Origin: Mytilus trossulus
Lineage: Eukaryota
DNA length: 64,000 bases
Direction of reading: 5' to 3'
NCBI RefSeq assembly: GCF_036588685.1
Contig: NW_026963333.1
Coordinates: 1-64,000 of the forward strand
Shown: piece by piece, positions 13,704 through 27,900 of the stretch
How positions within the stretch are numbered: the first letter of the stretch is position 1
Layout of the letters: every line of letters starts with the position of its first letter
Notes under the pieces: generated by a model
Seen by the model: the letters and a program-made list of their open reading frames with translations, nothing else
What the model was told of the DNA's origin: nothing
Database searches by the model: none
Translations under genes and position numbers: made by a program

Positions 13704-14938
13704 GAAATGATAATATACATTTGATTGCTGCTAATGGTGATCATGAACTAAGTGTGTATGTAGAAGACTTCAATGGCCTCCACGCTTATGCCAACTACTC
13801 ACACTTTACAATAGGTGACGAGAGTACGAAGTACCTGCTAGATATAACTGGATTTGTTGGTGATGCAGGTAACAAATTAAATGAACTACTGGGTGTCACA
13901 ATAAGAAATATATTTTGAGTTGAACCTTAAAAATTATGTATGAAGCCCGTCCATGTATACTCTTTTTACAGTATACATGTTTGCTTGGGATGACAATCAT
14001 ACATACTTTATAAATTGTTTTACATTTATATATAGGTTATATCTGCAAGTCTGAATTCTTTAAAAGACAAACACGTTAGAACGATCTAAATTAATGAAAT
14101 TATTGTCTCGCATGTTGCTTTTGGCGAAGATGTTTCAATAGTGACATATGGAATACATAATTTATCTAAATATTTGAAAATTTACACAGAAACAAAATAA
14201 TTTAAAACGTTTAAACCAGGACGGTCATATCAATTATGAATTAAGTGCAAGACATTTAGTCATTGGTTCGATACATCATCAAAAGTCAATTTTAAGCAGT
14301 ATTTGATTTTTGAAAATGAATTATACCACTTAAGAAAAGTACTAAATGGTTCAATTCGAAATCGTTACATCAAGTTGTCAGATTATTATATATAGATCAG
14401 TTCAAATTAATACGATAATGCGTAACTATTTTCATTTTCAACTCGTTTTTAGAAAATTGCATTTCCAAACAAAATGCCAAGGGATACTAGCTTTGTTCAG
14501 CAAATATATTTGCGAAGCACTGCATTGCCATATGTTGATTCAAATAATATATTATTTATTCGTAATAAATGAGGTTGTTTTTCCCTCAGGAAAACTTGAT
14601 CTTAAACCTCAGATTTCGATTATTACGGTGTTAAATCTAAAATCTATTGTATCCTTTCAATATTATTTGTTCTATTATACACTTATTTCGTTCTTTTTTT
14701 AGGTGATGGATTACATAATGGTAATGGCATGAAATTTACCACGAAAGATTCAGATAACGATAGGAACAGCGGTAATTGTGCTGTTGAAAGGCATGCTGGT
14801 TGGTGGTTTAATAGTTGTGATTATGCTAATTTGAATGGGAGGTACAATGACACAAAGGGTGCTGGTAATTACTGGTATCGATGGAGACAAAATACAAAGC
14901 CACTAAAAAAGTCTATCATGATGATTAAAAGAAAATAA
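13704..14938 (+). CDS. Last two exons of a fibrinogen C-terminal domain (FReD 3' half)
   Basis: Exon 13704-13868 (cag/ GNDNIHLIAANGDHELSVYVEDFNGLHAYANYSHFTIGDESTKYLLDITGFVGDA /gt; single copy, inside spacer 1) and exon 14703-14938 (TAA stop); the phase-1 junction is compatible. No upstream FReD exon on this strand precedes them. Confidence 0.9.
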
Positions 14939-17484
14939 GATATAAAAAGAATGTAGCTGTTTTTTGTTCCGATCCCAATTTTGAGTGTCTTGTCAATTTC
15001 ATTTTGTTTGTTTGGTTCATCGTATGCTTTTGCTTATTTTTGTTGTTTTAGTTTATTGATTTGTTGTTTGATTCAATTAGTTAAAACTTTTTTGTTATAT
15101 GTGTGTAATGGATTTCATTTCATACACCTCTTCACTCAAAGAGAATAATATGTTAATGACCCAGTTCCTATACCTGATTTAAGAACAGAATCGTTCACCT
15201 CAAAGTATTTCTCTTGAATAACTAAACAGTACGCATAATGTATTCAAACAAAATGTAAAATCACAAAAATACTGAAAATTGAATCATAAATTAATTCCCT
15301 AATCAAATGACAAAACTCATCAAACGAATTGACAACAACTGTCATATTCCTGACTAGCTTGGTACAGGCATTCTCAAATGTAGGAAATGGTGGATTGAAC
15401 CTGGTTTTATAGCGCTAAACCTCTCACTTATATGACAGTCGAATCAAATTATGTTATATTGGATGAATCAATTCATCCCTCTTACACGTCTTTTTTTTAA
15501 AACTTCATTCAACTCATATTGGAAAGCTGTACTGATAAATGTTGAAGATAAAAGAGAGTGAGAGGGAGAGAGACAAAAGCATGGCCAGCAAAGATAGAAA
15601 GAAAAAGGACAAACAATTAAAGAGTAAAGAAATATTCTACAATGGAAAAAAACGGATCAAAAAGAACCTCACAAAAACCAAGAGTAAATTACATATGGTG
15701 TACGATGGAAGAAGGGCTTCCTGATCCACGAAAGACACACAAATATAAACTCAGTGAACAGTAACAATGGGTGATGCTCCAATTAAGGAAATGAAGGTGG
15801 GAACAATAGCTAGCAAGAGCTAGAAAATTGCCAATTTCTTTGTCAAGAACAATTAAGTACTGTTCAGATTTTTTTTACAAATGTACAGATAAAAAGTGAG
15901 AATTTCATACTTGTAAATTTGTTTCTTTGCTTTTTTTGACAACATTGAACTAAACTGGCTACTAAACACTAATAATTATTTCATTATTTCCCTTTATTAA
16001 TGATTGAGCGAAAAAAATAATCCTATTATATCTCGTTACTAGTGCCCCTTTAAAATCTTTTCATATGGAAAGCATGCAAATGTTTCTATATATATAAAAA
16101 AGACTCAAGCCTTTCTTTATTACGCTATCAATGCTTCATTCAGGTTAAATATGATTAATTAAATTCCTTAGTTGAATTCCTCATTACAGGTTATTACTAA
16201 ATCATTTTTTATAAAACTTTCATACTCATTTTTATTTCAAAACAAAGACAATTTTTTTTCTTCATTTTAGACTGCAAACTTTTGAACTTTGTCATTTGTC
16301 AATAACAATGAGTTGCAGTACCATCAATAAAAGAGGTACAAAAGATAGTCAAACTCATAGATTGAAAATAAACTGACAACACCAAATAAAAAGACAAACA
16401 GACAAATAATAGTACAGAAGACACAACATAAAAAACTAAAGACTAAGCAACATGAATCCTACCAAAAACTGGGGGTGATTTCAGGTGCTCGGGAAGGGTA
16501 AGCAGATCCTGCTCACATGTGGCACCCGTTGTGTTGCTTATGTTATTACAATTCCAGTAAATAGTCTTATTCGATAGGTGACATTCATGAAAAGGGAATG
16601 GTATTGTAGTGACTAAATAAGGAACATATCAGATATCATCTGTGAAACGGTTATTCCCTAACGGTCAACCAACTCGTGATGGCATCCGTAAAATCCGAAG
16701 GGATGATTTCAACTTCATCATTTGGAACTGTTGGTTTAATAGCGTCTTAGTGAGCCGCCATCCTCTAATCTTGCTTAACCAGTGAATGGATATGCATGAA
16801 ATATTTCAGCCACAGAAGCAAACAGCAATCCATTTACCTTGTTTTCAGACACAAATGGTGTTGTGTAATTAATTTTTAAACAAAATTACACAAGTATTTT
16901 TCCAGATAAGTCTTCACATCCTCACCAACTATTCCATTTTAAAGCAAGTAATAGATTTGGATTGAATTTTAATAGTTTTCCAATATTGTTTAAGAGTATT
17001 GAAAGAAGCATTCTTATTGAATTCACAGTTACGAAAAAAGCTAATTCAAGCCAATTTCAAGGAATTAATTTGGTGGTCTGTTTGTGACCTCTATCCAGTT
17101 AAAAATAAAATCCTTACACCTACACTTCATTAATCTGTAATTTCATAATATCAAGTCCCCTCTTTATATTTAATCACAAAAGTGAATTAAAAATAAGATA
17201 TGAAGTAATAATTTTATACAAATGATTTTTATTATAAAATAAATTGTATTTTTATAACATGTTTGTTCTAAATAAAAATGTATAACAATCAACATTATTA
17301 AAAATATAACCATAAAAATATAAAATATATCACAGATTCAGTTTATTTCATTCAATATATCTAATAACAGTTCTTCAAACAAGGTAAAATTGCTGTGGCC
17401 CATAGTAGTATCATCACTCTCAAATATCTTAATATTTTCTTCTGGAATTTCTCTCCTTATAAGTAAGGTGAATCAATGTCCTTG

Positions 17485-20400
17485 CTAATTATCTGGATAT
17501 TCTAAATTAAATCTGCTATAATCCTGGAGGCTCTGCAAGAAAATAAAAATATACCAATTAAGTTACATCAGTTATTTAACAGGTTTGCCCAAGTGTATAT
17601 TTCACAGCAATATACATACTAGTACTTACATTTGGGATCCTCAATGCTTTTCATTTTGTTTTTTTCAACTGTTTTGATTTAAAAAAGGGACCAGCAAATA
17701 GGAGTTTGCTCTCATTATATTGACTCATCTTTGGCTTTTGACTATATGCATTAAGCTCTTACCATTTGTAGTGCAGTTTTTTTGCATAGGATTCGGTATA
17801 TTTCAAGTAAATCAAATAATATGTATGTCAAATATTTTACAGGTAAAAACATCAAAAATAGATAAATAACATTTAACTTACATCTTCAAAAATAGGACTT
17901 CCATATATTTGACCTGGTACCTCAAGTAGTCCCTCATCTTTCAGATACAGGGCACCAGTAGTCTGATCCATTTTATAGTATAGCTGCCCATATCTGTGGT
18001 ATGTTGGGTATTTTGTGATTGAAGGTAAATGGATGTGATCATTTACTTCTGTTCCTAGCAGTGCCACATTATAAAACACAAACTGGAATAATACCAAACC
18101 TTGGTTTACATAAAGGGTCTTAAAATATAAAGTCTTTATAAACTGTTCCCAACTACTAATCTGAACATTTCTCTTAGTTTTAAAAGTCTTATTCTTGAAA
18201 AAAAACTTACTCTTTTCTTCACCAAGTCAAATAACTACCCTAAATCCCAAGCCAAGTAAGAAGTATGGCAGTTGTTATAAAATAGTCTGGTTCTTTGTAT
18301 GTTCATGGTTGTTTCTGTTGCAATTCAGTGTTTCCATTGTTTCACTTGGTTTCAGTTTGAAACCTTGATTTTTTTAATCCAGTAACATGACTAATATACA
18401 GCAGTCTACTACTGTTGTCTTTATGTATTCCATAAAAGAGGGTCTATATTGGGTTAATAAAATGGAGAATAATGGACACAAAGAGCAAAATAGAGGGCTA
18501 AAATTTAAATTAAAGAATAGATAAAAAAGAATAGACAAAAAAATAAAATAAAAAAGGAATAGATAATAAACAGATTCCAAATCAGAAATAAAACCGAAAA
18601 ATGGGCAAACTAAATATAGAAAAATGCTTTGAAAAAACAATTAAAAAAAAATTAAGAACCCTCAATCCACACTCTATGCTACAGATCAGACTTGAACAGA
18701 ACCTAAATCAGTGATCAAGGTTAAAGTATTAAGTTAAGGAGCAAAGAGGAATTATGACTCAAAGTGAGATTTATTAATGTTCTTACCTCATCAACATTGC
18801 CTTTATAGAAGTTATTGGTGTTTTTCCCCAGGTAAAATATAGTGTCTTCATCTGTGGTATATTGTGTCTAAAAAATATAATTATTATAATATTCAATTCA
18901 AGATGGCTATCTTGCATGCATATATAATTTGATGACAGCAAGGTTATTGATCCTTTAAATTTGTCATTAAATGATAAACGAAAGATACCAGAGGGAGAGT
19001 CAAACTCATAAATCGAAAAATAAACTGAAAGAGATGAAAAAATGAAAGAAGACTACAGACAAACAATAGATGATGCAAAGAGAATCAAGTACGATATTAG
19101 TACTGTGAATGTTATATAACTTTTCCATTTTCAGGACTATAAAATCAACTAAATCTTGAGTAGATAGATATTTTTAATTTTTAACTAATGATGAAGAAAG
19201 TCAATGTACCTTGTCGTGTGCAGATTTATAAATTGTGTCTTTAAAAATATATTAAATGTATAAATCCATTAAACTCACCAGGTCAATAGGAGAAACATCA
19301 CCAGTTACACCAACTGAGTTTCCATTCACATACAAAGTCATTAAGTATTCTATAAAAAATTAAGACAACAAGTCTATTTTAAAATAAAATCATAAAATCT
19401 TTAGTCGAAAAATACGCCTGATGTATATAATTAAAAAAATATATTTTTGAAATATATTTGAAAAGTTTTTGTCCCATTTTATCTTTAAAAAGAAACAGTA
19501 TTAATAGTTCTCCTTTTGAAAAAAAAAAGATTTTTTTATTCAATCTTTAAAAAGATAGCATCTCCATGATATTAGTAAACAAAAATTACCGATCAAGGTC
19601 AGCACGTTTTTCATCATCAAGGATGGGTATGTCCACACGTAATAAAAACCTATTACTAAAGTTTAGCTCTCCATTTTCTAGGAGACAAATGTAACGCATT
19701 TCTATACTTTATCAGGAATGGAAAATTTAATCATTTTGTTTAACCTTATTTAAGATGTGAGCTGTGTCCGATAGATATAGACCTTATGCAAATGCAAGTG
19801 CACATTTTGTGAACATGTTTAAGATTTTGATTGAATTTCAATTCTTGTTTCCTTTAGCTCAATCAATTGGTTCAAAATTGAAGTAGTAAGCCATGAGGAA
19901 CAGAATTTGCGTTACCAGCAAAACAACCTTACATGCGTAGCGTTCAATATCGTAGCGGCTATATAGGGCTACGTAGATTTATGACTATTGAATGTGTAGC
20001 TAGCCTAGCTGCTACATAAATATTGAAGCAGCTAGGCAAGCTACTTGTTCAGTTGTCAAAAATCTATGTAGCCCTATGTTAATGTAGCTGCTACGATATT
20101 GAATGCAAGCCTGAAAGACAAGGTAGCTCAATCAATTGATTTTAAGTAAAAAAGCATAAAAAACATAATTTGTTTTACTAGCAAACAACCACCTGACATT
20201 TCTTTTTTAATCTCATTTGAACGTTCTAGTATAATCTCACCTGATTCATCATATATGTACAATAAACTGATCCATTGGTTTGTATTGATAGTGGATGTTG
20301 ATGTTACTGCATTGTTTCCGTAAGATCCATGTACAACACCTCCATCTAACCATAAACATATAGTTCTAGTGTCTGTACAAAATAATGGCATATCACCCCC

Positions 20401-22751
20401 TGCCAATGAGTCTATCTTAATCCATAGTCCAACGGAAAAACTGTTAATAGCAATAAATGCTTTTTAATACATCGATTGTTTTAAACAAAATAAGGAACAG
20501 TGAATATTTTTATCACTGTTGATTCATTATTATTCATGAGATACCACTTTTGTTGATTTTGTGGGTACGGGTGAACCATGCAATAAAATGTTAAATGAAG
20601 TACAGATTTTCTATAGGCTTGTTGAAGACTTTTGTAAAATCATGAAATCAAATATCCAAGTAAATTTTACTATGTCCTTAATCCATGGAAATTGGTACCC
20701 ATGAAAAAATAACTGACTCCACAGTAGTATACAATCAAGCCAGTTCAAAGTGTTGACTGAACATTTAAGTTAAAAAGCATGCAAAGTTAAAAAGGCGATG
20801 AAACTACTGATAAGCATCCTGTGTCTGTCATATAACCTTTGCCATCAGCACTTGATGTGATTTCAATTTTTTTAAATACTGATTTTATGTTTTAATCTTT
20901 CAATCTAATTTCCTACATACCAAATTTTTGATTTTTTTGTTAAAAGGCGAATTTTGGGTTTAAAAGAAATTAAGTTACAAAGTAGTTATAATTCAGATAT
21001 ATTTTTTTGGGGAAAATCCTGACAGTTTGTATACCTCAAGAATTAAATATTTCACATGTCAATTACAACAGAAGACATTATTTGTTATTATGCACTAAAA
21101 CCATAAGGACATGGAAATGAAATTCAATAATTTGAATACAAGGTTTTATATCTATTCTCACCTTTGATAAATGTCTAAACGAGTGATATTGGTAAGTACA
21201 ATATAATCATCCACTCCATCAAGATACAAAGCTTTATTGTCTCTGGGGAGGCACTGGACCTTCAGATCAGACCATAAAACTGATTCCTGGCCAAACTGGT
21301 ACACTCCAACACGACCTCCAGTTATACTGGTGTCATAGATGTCACCACTGTCAGCTAATAATGAATCTACATCATACAATTGGAATCTGAAATGATTATG
21401 AAAAATTATAACGTTTTGCTCTGTTTGGTTCTGGGTTTTGATACATATAGGAAGATGGGGTATGAGTGCCAATGAGACAACTCTCCATCCAAGTAACAGT
21501 TTATAAAAGTAAACCATTATAGGACAAGGTATGGCCTTCAACACAGAGCCTTGGCTCACACGGAATAGCAAGCTATAAAGGGCCCCAAAAATTACTAATG
21601 TAAAACCATTCAAACAGGAAAACCAACGGTCTAATCTATATAAAAACGAGAAACGAGAAACAAGTATGAACTACATAAACAGACGACAACTACATGTACT
21701 GTACATCAGATTTCTGACTAAGGACAGGTGCAAACATTTTGCAGCGGGATTAAATGTTTTAATGGTACCAAACCTTCTCCCTTATCTGAAACAATAATAT
21801 AACATCACAACATAAAAATACACGTAATCAATTATCAATTGGAAAGCTTAACTCAATCAAAAAACGTAAATTAACACACAATGAACGACAATAAATTTGT
21901 TCTGTGATACCTGAATGCAAATACATGGTAAATACAAATTATAAGGGATAAATAATTAAGGTCAAAAGTAAAAAAAAACAGGTTTAAACAAAGTAAAAGT
22001 ATGATACCACTGTGAAATGTTAACAATTTTTTGAAAATCATCACTTTTGAAAAAACCTGTGTCATATTATACACAGGTAAATGAAGCCTGCATTTGAAAG
22101 AAATCACCCAAGTGTTATCATTTTTTTTAATTTACATTTCATTTAAATGTACTAAAAGTTGCACATCAATTGTCCACAATAATTAAAGCATAAAAGTAAA
22201 ATCGTCTTCTAGTTCTCCAAAATTAAACCCAACTAAGCAGGCAAATTGGATATATTTATCGATATTTATTACCTCTTTTTCCTTCCAGTGGTGTCAATAA
22301 AGCATAACAAGAGGTTGCAGCCAATATAGTATTCAAAGTATAGTCCAACTGTGACATGCATTAAGTAAGGTATGAAATATTGTAGAAATAAATTTGTGAT
22401 ATAAATACCCATAAATATATATCCATCAAATACTGATGAAAGTGCTGACATACAATGTAGTCAGTATTGAAGTTGCATAAAGAATGAACCTATCATTTCA
22501 ACAATCCCATTTTATAGATATAAAAATATCTGTAGATGTCTTGGTGTTCCGTTTTAAATCTATACTTTAGTTATCTACCTGATCTTATTTAAATCTGTAT
22601 AATGCCATAGGAACCATTTATATGATGTGTAATTACTCCATCTTGTCATGTTACCATCCTGCCATAGTACTGTAACCTGGTTCACTGTTGTACTACTGTG
22701 CCATAGAGCATAAGCTAATGTTTGTCCAGGACCAGTATTGGAGTTCACTAC
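17485..22751 (-). pseudogene. Inverted partial duplicate of the last seven exons of the thrombospondin-like gene
   Basis: Mirror of 4158-9426. It lacks all upstream exons and carries a K->E change (LKDKG vs LKDEG). Confidence 0.85.
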
Positions 22752-22898
22752 CTATTTGTAAAGAAATATGGACACATTTAAATTAAATGATATGGACAAT
22801 AATCATAGTTTCAAAAAGTACTTATTAAATTACAAAAGTCCAATAAATAATACTTAAAAACATATGTTATCCGAAAGTATAAGTTGAACATGTTGAAA

Positions 22899-23830
22899 AA
22901 CCATTTTGAAAATGATGATTTTTTTTGGTAAATTGGGTATAATATATTAATATTGTTAAAATGTTTATTGTCATTAATAACAGAATATTCAAAAATTATC
23001 CAGCAGTTTCTCTAATAGTTATAAATGTCAAAACAATTGCAATCAAGTTTGAACTATTAACGTGATATGAGCCTTAGCTACATTCTAATAGGGCACATTT
23101 ATTTTAAATATATAACTGCTTGGAATGAGATATTAACAAATCGTTTAAATACCCAAATGACTTCCTTGATCCCATGAGATATTCGTACCGACATTTTGAG
23201 TGTTCCTGTGATATTTCAAATCACAATAACAAACAAGACCATCCATTCTTTAAGGTGGATTGGGGCTATTTGACTGCACATAATTTCACGCATGAATTAC
23301 AATGCACACGAGCAGTATGCTATAGCGTTTGTACAATTAGTACAAGTACAATGTTCCTTATGTACAAAAAGTTAAAATTTCAACAGAACAGAAGTCTCTT
23401 CAATAAATACATACAGAGTTATAATATTTTACAATTTTCTATGCATGGGGGTCTTTGAATGACATTATATGAACAACAAATGTTATTAAAAATGGATGGC
23501 CATTGAAAGGGATACAGAAATTACCAATAACCTTATTAAAAACGTTTTGTGTGATATCAGCACTGTTCCTTCTCTTTTAAAGTTCGTCAAACTAGGACGT
23601 TTATGAATAAATATTCGAACACATTTAAGGAGAAACAAAAAAAAAAGCACAGAGAGTGATTTCATTTTAAATAACTTACATTTGAGACAGTTGAGAAGTT
23701 AATCAAATACGCATTGTTCAATTAATACCAATTGGACAATAACTCATACTATCTAAGGTTACATATTGTTGTTTTTTATCGGTATTATATGGTTTCTGGA
23801 TGTTCGGAATTTTACTAACAATCATACAAA
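22899..23830 (-). pseudogene. Truncated paralogue (copy 0) of the secreted-precursor gene: upstream region and ATG only
   Basis: accattttgaaaatga...aaattg.gtataatatat at 22900-22950 matches the start-codon context at 28546, 36471 and 42276. Upstream homology continues (e.g. cttccttgatcccatg, gtgtgatatca, caatcataca). ATG at 22904-22902; the coding sequence is replaced by the palindrome arm. Confidence 0.8.
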
Positions 23831-24986
23831 ACATACCAATAAACAAAATCCTAACCGTTAAAAGTGTCAGACCACCATTTCCCTCCAATTTAGAACGTAT
23901 GTGAAAGTAGTCCTACTCTAACACAAAATAATGCTTTTGATGTCATTGTTTACTAACACTAGCCAACAAATATGCAGAAATGAAACTTTTGGTGAAAGGG
24001 AGATATGTTTAGACTCTTTTGAGCAAACATTCACTTGTCTTTGAGATTGCAATAAGAAATTAGGATTTATGCACTATATAGTCCACTAATTTAAGATTTC
24101 CAGAAAACCAGTTATTTTGGTAGTACCTGTATTTTCAAGATCAGAATTTTCTTATAAGACTTTAACCATTGGTTAAAAATTGGCATGTAGAAAGGTGATA
24201 CATGTACAATTTAAGATATACCTGATTTCTTTGAAGTTAAACTTAAGGTAAAATATTTAGAAAGCTGTGAAAATTGGCAAAATTTTATTGAATAGATAGG
24301 AATTTTCAATTGGTTGTCTGACACCTAACGCGAAATGAAACGACAATGCAAAAGGTATGTTATTCATTTCTATCATGTAAAGGTGACCCATTAGAACAGG
24401 CTAAACAATGTTGTGGCTAAATTTTATATTGAAAGTAAAGGTGGCTAGTTAAGAAAACTAATGTACAGCTTAATAGCTTGATGCTATCCTTATGTTTTTG
24501 ATGAACATAACTTTTTTGCAAAATGAAAACGCAATTATACCGTTCACTAAAAGTACTGATATAAATGGATTTTCGATTATATTTTGTAACAAAATAACAC
24601 AATAGTTTCCAATTTATTCAATCTAAATGGACAAATGTTTGTTCTTAAAAAAAATATTTAAATTACACCATTGGTTCATTTAAGATTACAAGGAGCTTAA
24701 GCTTACAACTATTTATTTAACAGTCAGTATATTGGTATGATTAACATACAATATTACATTTCTATGTCTAAATTTTAAATATCAAAACAATTAATTTAGT
24801 TAGCCATTAAATTCATTTATAACTATACATTATTTAACTTTAAGTTAGTTAGTTTCAACAGGACATATAGACACATGCGCTTTAAACTTTTTAAATTAAG
24901 AATTAGAATAAAACATTGACTGCAAAACACCACAAAAAGGTTATATATAGCATTTTTCAGTTAAATAAGTATAATTATACCTTTAC

Positions 24987-27900
24987 TTGTAATAACGGGT
25001 TGTCGGTGTATTTTTACTTTACGTTGTCTCCATGGATATGGTGAAGGCAGACCTAAATTGAAGAAACATAATATGAAAGATTTCAATGAACATTTTATTC
25101 TATAAAACTTTGCCACTATTTACAGTCCACTAACACAGATTCACTAATACAATATTTAAAGTATACAAACTCCTAGGTTTACAAAACTGAAGATGTGTTA
25201 AACCCTTACCTAAACTCTCATGTATATACAAATATTTGGTTTGTGTGTATGGTGGAACCTGTTAAAAACTTATTTCAATCGTGACAGCAAAGCACATTTT
25301 TTCTGAACCATACTTAACAGTCTGAATTTGTACTTATATATGGAAGTGTTTAACGACCTTGACTGGCTTTTCAGCCCTCGCATGGTCGGCTCGGTGCCCG
25401 AAGGCGTTTGGTGAGCTTTAAATATTCTGGTGCCATGGGTCAGGAACAAGTAGTGGAGGTCGCAGTATGGAGGCCGCCATCTTGGTTGTGGTGAGTAGGT
25501 TTTGGTTTGTTTACTATTTTGGTCTTTATTCTTCACAACGGCTGCTTTCAGGGCCAGTTTGGTCAGCTTGACAGTCCGCTAGCCTCGATGATGGAGTACT
25601 GGTAGATGAATATGTACTTGACAAGCTCTTAACCATTTTATACGAGTCTGAACCATGCTCGACCTAGTCTGAACCATACTCAGCCTAGTCTGAACCATAC
25701 TCAGCCTAGTCTGAACCATACTCAGCCTAGTCTGAACCATACTCGACCAAGTCTTAACCAACCTAGATATATTCTTTGTATCTATCAACTGAATTGTATC
25801 AATTTAGGAAATATTTTTAATAAAAATGAAAGTTTAACAACAACTTGATATTAAAAATGTATTCCTTTTTTGTGTAATCAGTAAATTATTACTACAAACC
25901 AGTAAAAGTCTGAAATGGCCTATATCTGTACAAGACTGTTGTCTTATTGGCAATCATACCACATCTTCTTTTTTATATCAATATAGTATTGAAATTAACG
26001 TTTTACAATAATTAATTATAATATAACTTCAACACAATATTATTCGTAACATAGTATGCTAGTGACCTAATACGGTATATATGGGGTCAGTAAATTCCAT
26101 ATGGGGTGAGAGGGATTACGTCACTAGCACACTATGTAACGAATTTATCTTACCGACTATCCTAACGTATAAAATTAAGACTAGTGACCTATCAAAATGA
26201 GCAAGTCTTCAATACATCTAGCATTAACATGATGCCAACAATGACAACTTGTTATATTTAAATGTGTTTTCTGAATTAATTTTACTTTATCGTCACTTTC
26301 TCCGTCTGTGGAAACCTTAAAGATTACTGTTTTGCTTTTCTAAAGGGATGTAACACCACTACTAACCGTGTATGAAATAAGCCCCGCCCCCTACTACCTT
26401 ATAAGGAATATAAAGGGACGTAATTACACTACTAACCGTGTATGGAATAAGCCCCGCCTCCCAACTAACCTAATATTGAATATACACGGTCTCCACGAGG
26501 GCGCTCTTTACCAATCAAATTCCTAGAAATGTATAGGAGGTAAGATAATTATCAATACTTACATAATAATATATATCAACTTTAAAATACAAGTAAAACA
26601 AGCTGATCAAATAATCTAAAAATTGAATTGACATATATTTTCAATATTATTCAAAATTTTATGAATATTTCTTAAGTATTTTATGCCAATTTGACTATTT
26701 TCACCATAAACTTAAGCCTAATAAAGATTAATGTTGTCAGTTGGCTTTAGATAATAATGCAGTGAATTTTATTCATAAATATTTATATAAAATAGTATAG
26801 AACACAACTTAATATATTTTTTTAAAATGAGACCTCAATTGTTTTGTTTTATCAAACCAAGAATTTAATATAATCATGATAATATAATTTCCATAGCGAT
26901 CCTTTATAACCTTTTTAAAAACGGAATTCTGTTCCAAAGTAACAGTAAAAATTTATTTCAATTGATTCAAGTATTTTTTGTCAAATTAGAGACATGGCAT
27001 TCATTAAGCACTTTAATATGGTCTAAATGTCTCAGTTCATGTGTGTTTTAGGTAAAAAAAAAAAGCCCTATTTTCTTAAATTCGTGTATTACTTATCTTG
27101 TATATTCGAAATGACTTGTATTTTCAGTTAAACAGGATATTGCAATTTTGAAGAAAAAAAATATTTAGAATTTAATACCTCTGACCAGGTGTGATCTTAT
27201 TTATGAGTTTGCCCCAAGCAGAGGTTATATTTTATATTTCACCACTACTCGAAAAACAATTTTATTTATTTATTTTATTTGATCCCTTTTTGATATAAAT
27301 TATATATAATATATTGTTTTTTTAATCCTAAATATAATAATAGATGTATTTCCAATATAAGGTAAAACAATTTATAAACTTTGTTACAAAGAATTTTATT
27401 TTAACAGTTAAGAAAGTTTTTGGTCGAGTATGGTTCAGACTGATCGAGTTCTGTTCAGACCTTTGGTTAAGTATGGGTTAGACTGGAAAAAGGTCGAGTA
27501 CAAATCAAGAATGAATTAAGACTGTTTCGGTCAAGTAATAGTTCAGACTATTTTCAACGGCAAAGATAAGGGTCAGGTACAAATCAGTAAAGCCAAGTAT
27601 GGTTCAGACTGGGGTCGAGTATTGTCAAGTAAAAGTCAGACCAATTCAGACTGGTTGAGTACAAATCAGTACAGTCGAGTAAAGATATAGGCAATTTCAG
27701 ACTTTAATGGATTGTAGTGTTTGTGTTATACATATTCATGTACACATTCACGGTTCAACAATAAATCCATACATGTATTGTGGCATGTCACAAGATCATA
27801 TTTTTCTTTAACTGTGAATGTTGTCTTCATATTACATCATTTGGATGTTCGATGTATACTGTTTTATATTTCAGTCTAAGACAAAAGATTAATATTATGT

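Larger units (their letters stand above)
4011..22898. repeat. Palindrome 1: inverted repeat with arms 4011-12883 and 14028-22898 (~8.87 kb), spacer 12884-14027
   Basis: Mirror ORF pairs have coordinate sums of 26909-26911. The arms are reverse complements apart from a few substitutions (e.g. gataaagga vs gatgaggga near 8975; near 7432; near 9116) and 1-bp indels. Confidence 0.98.
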
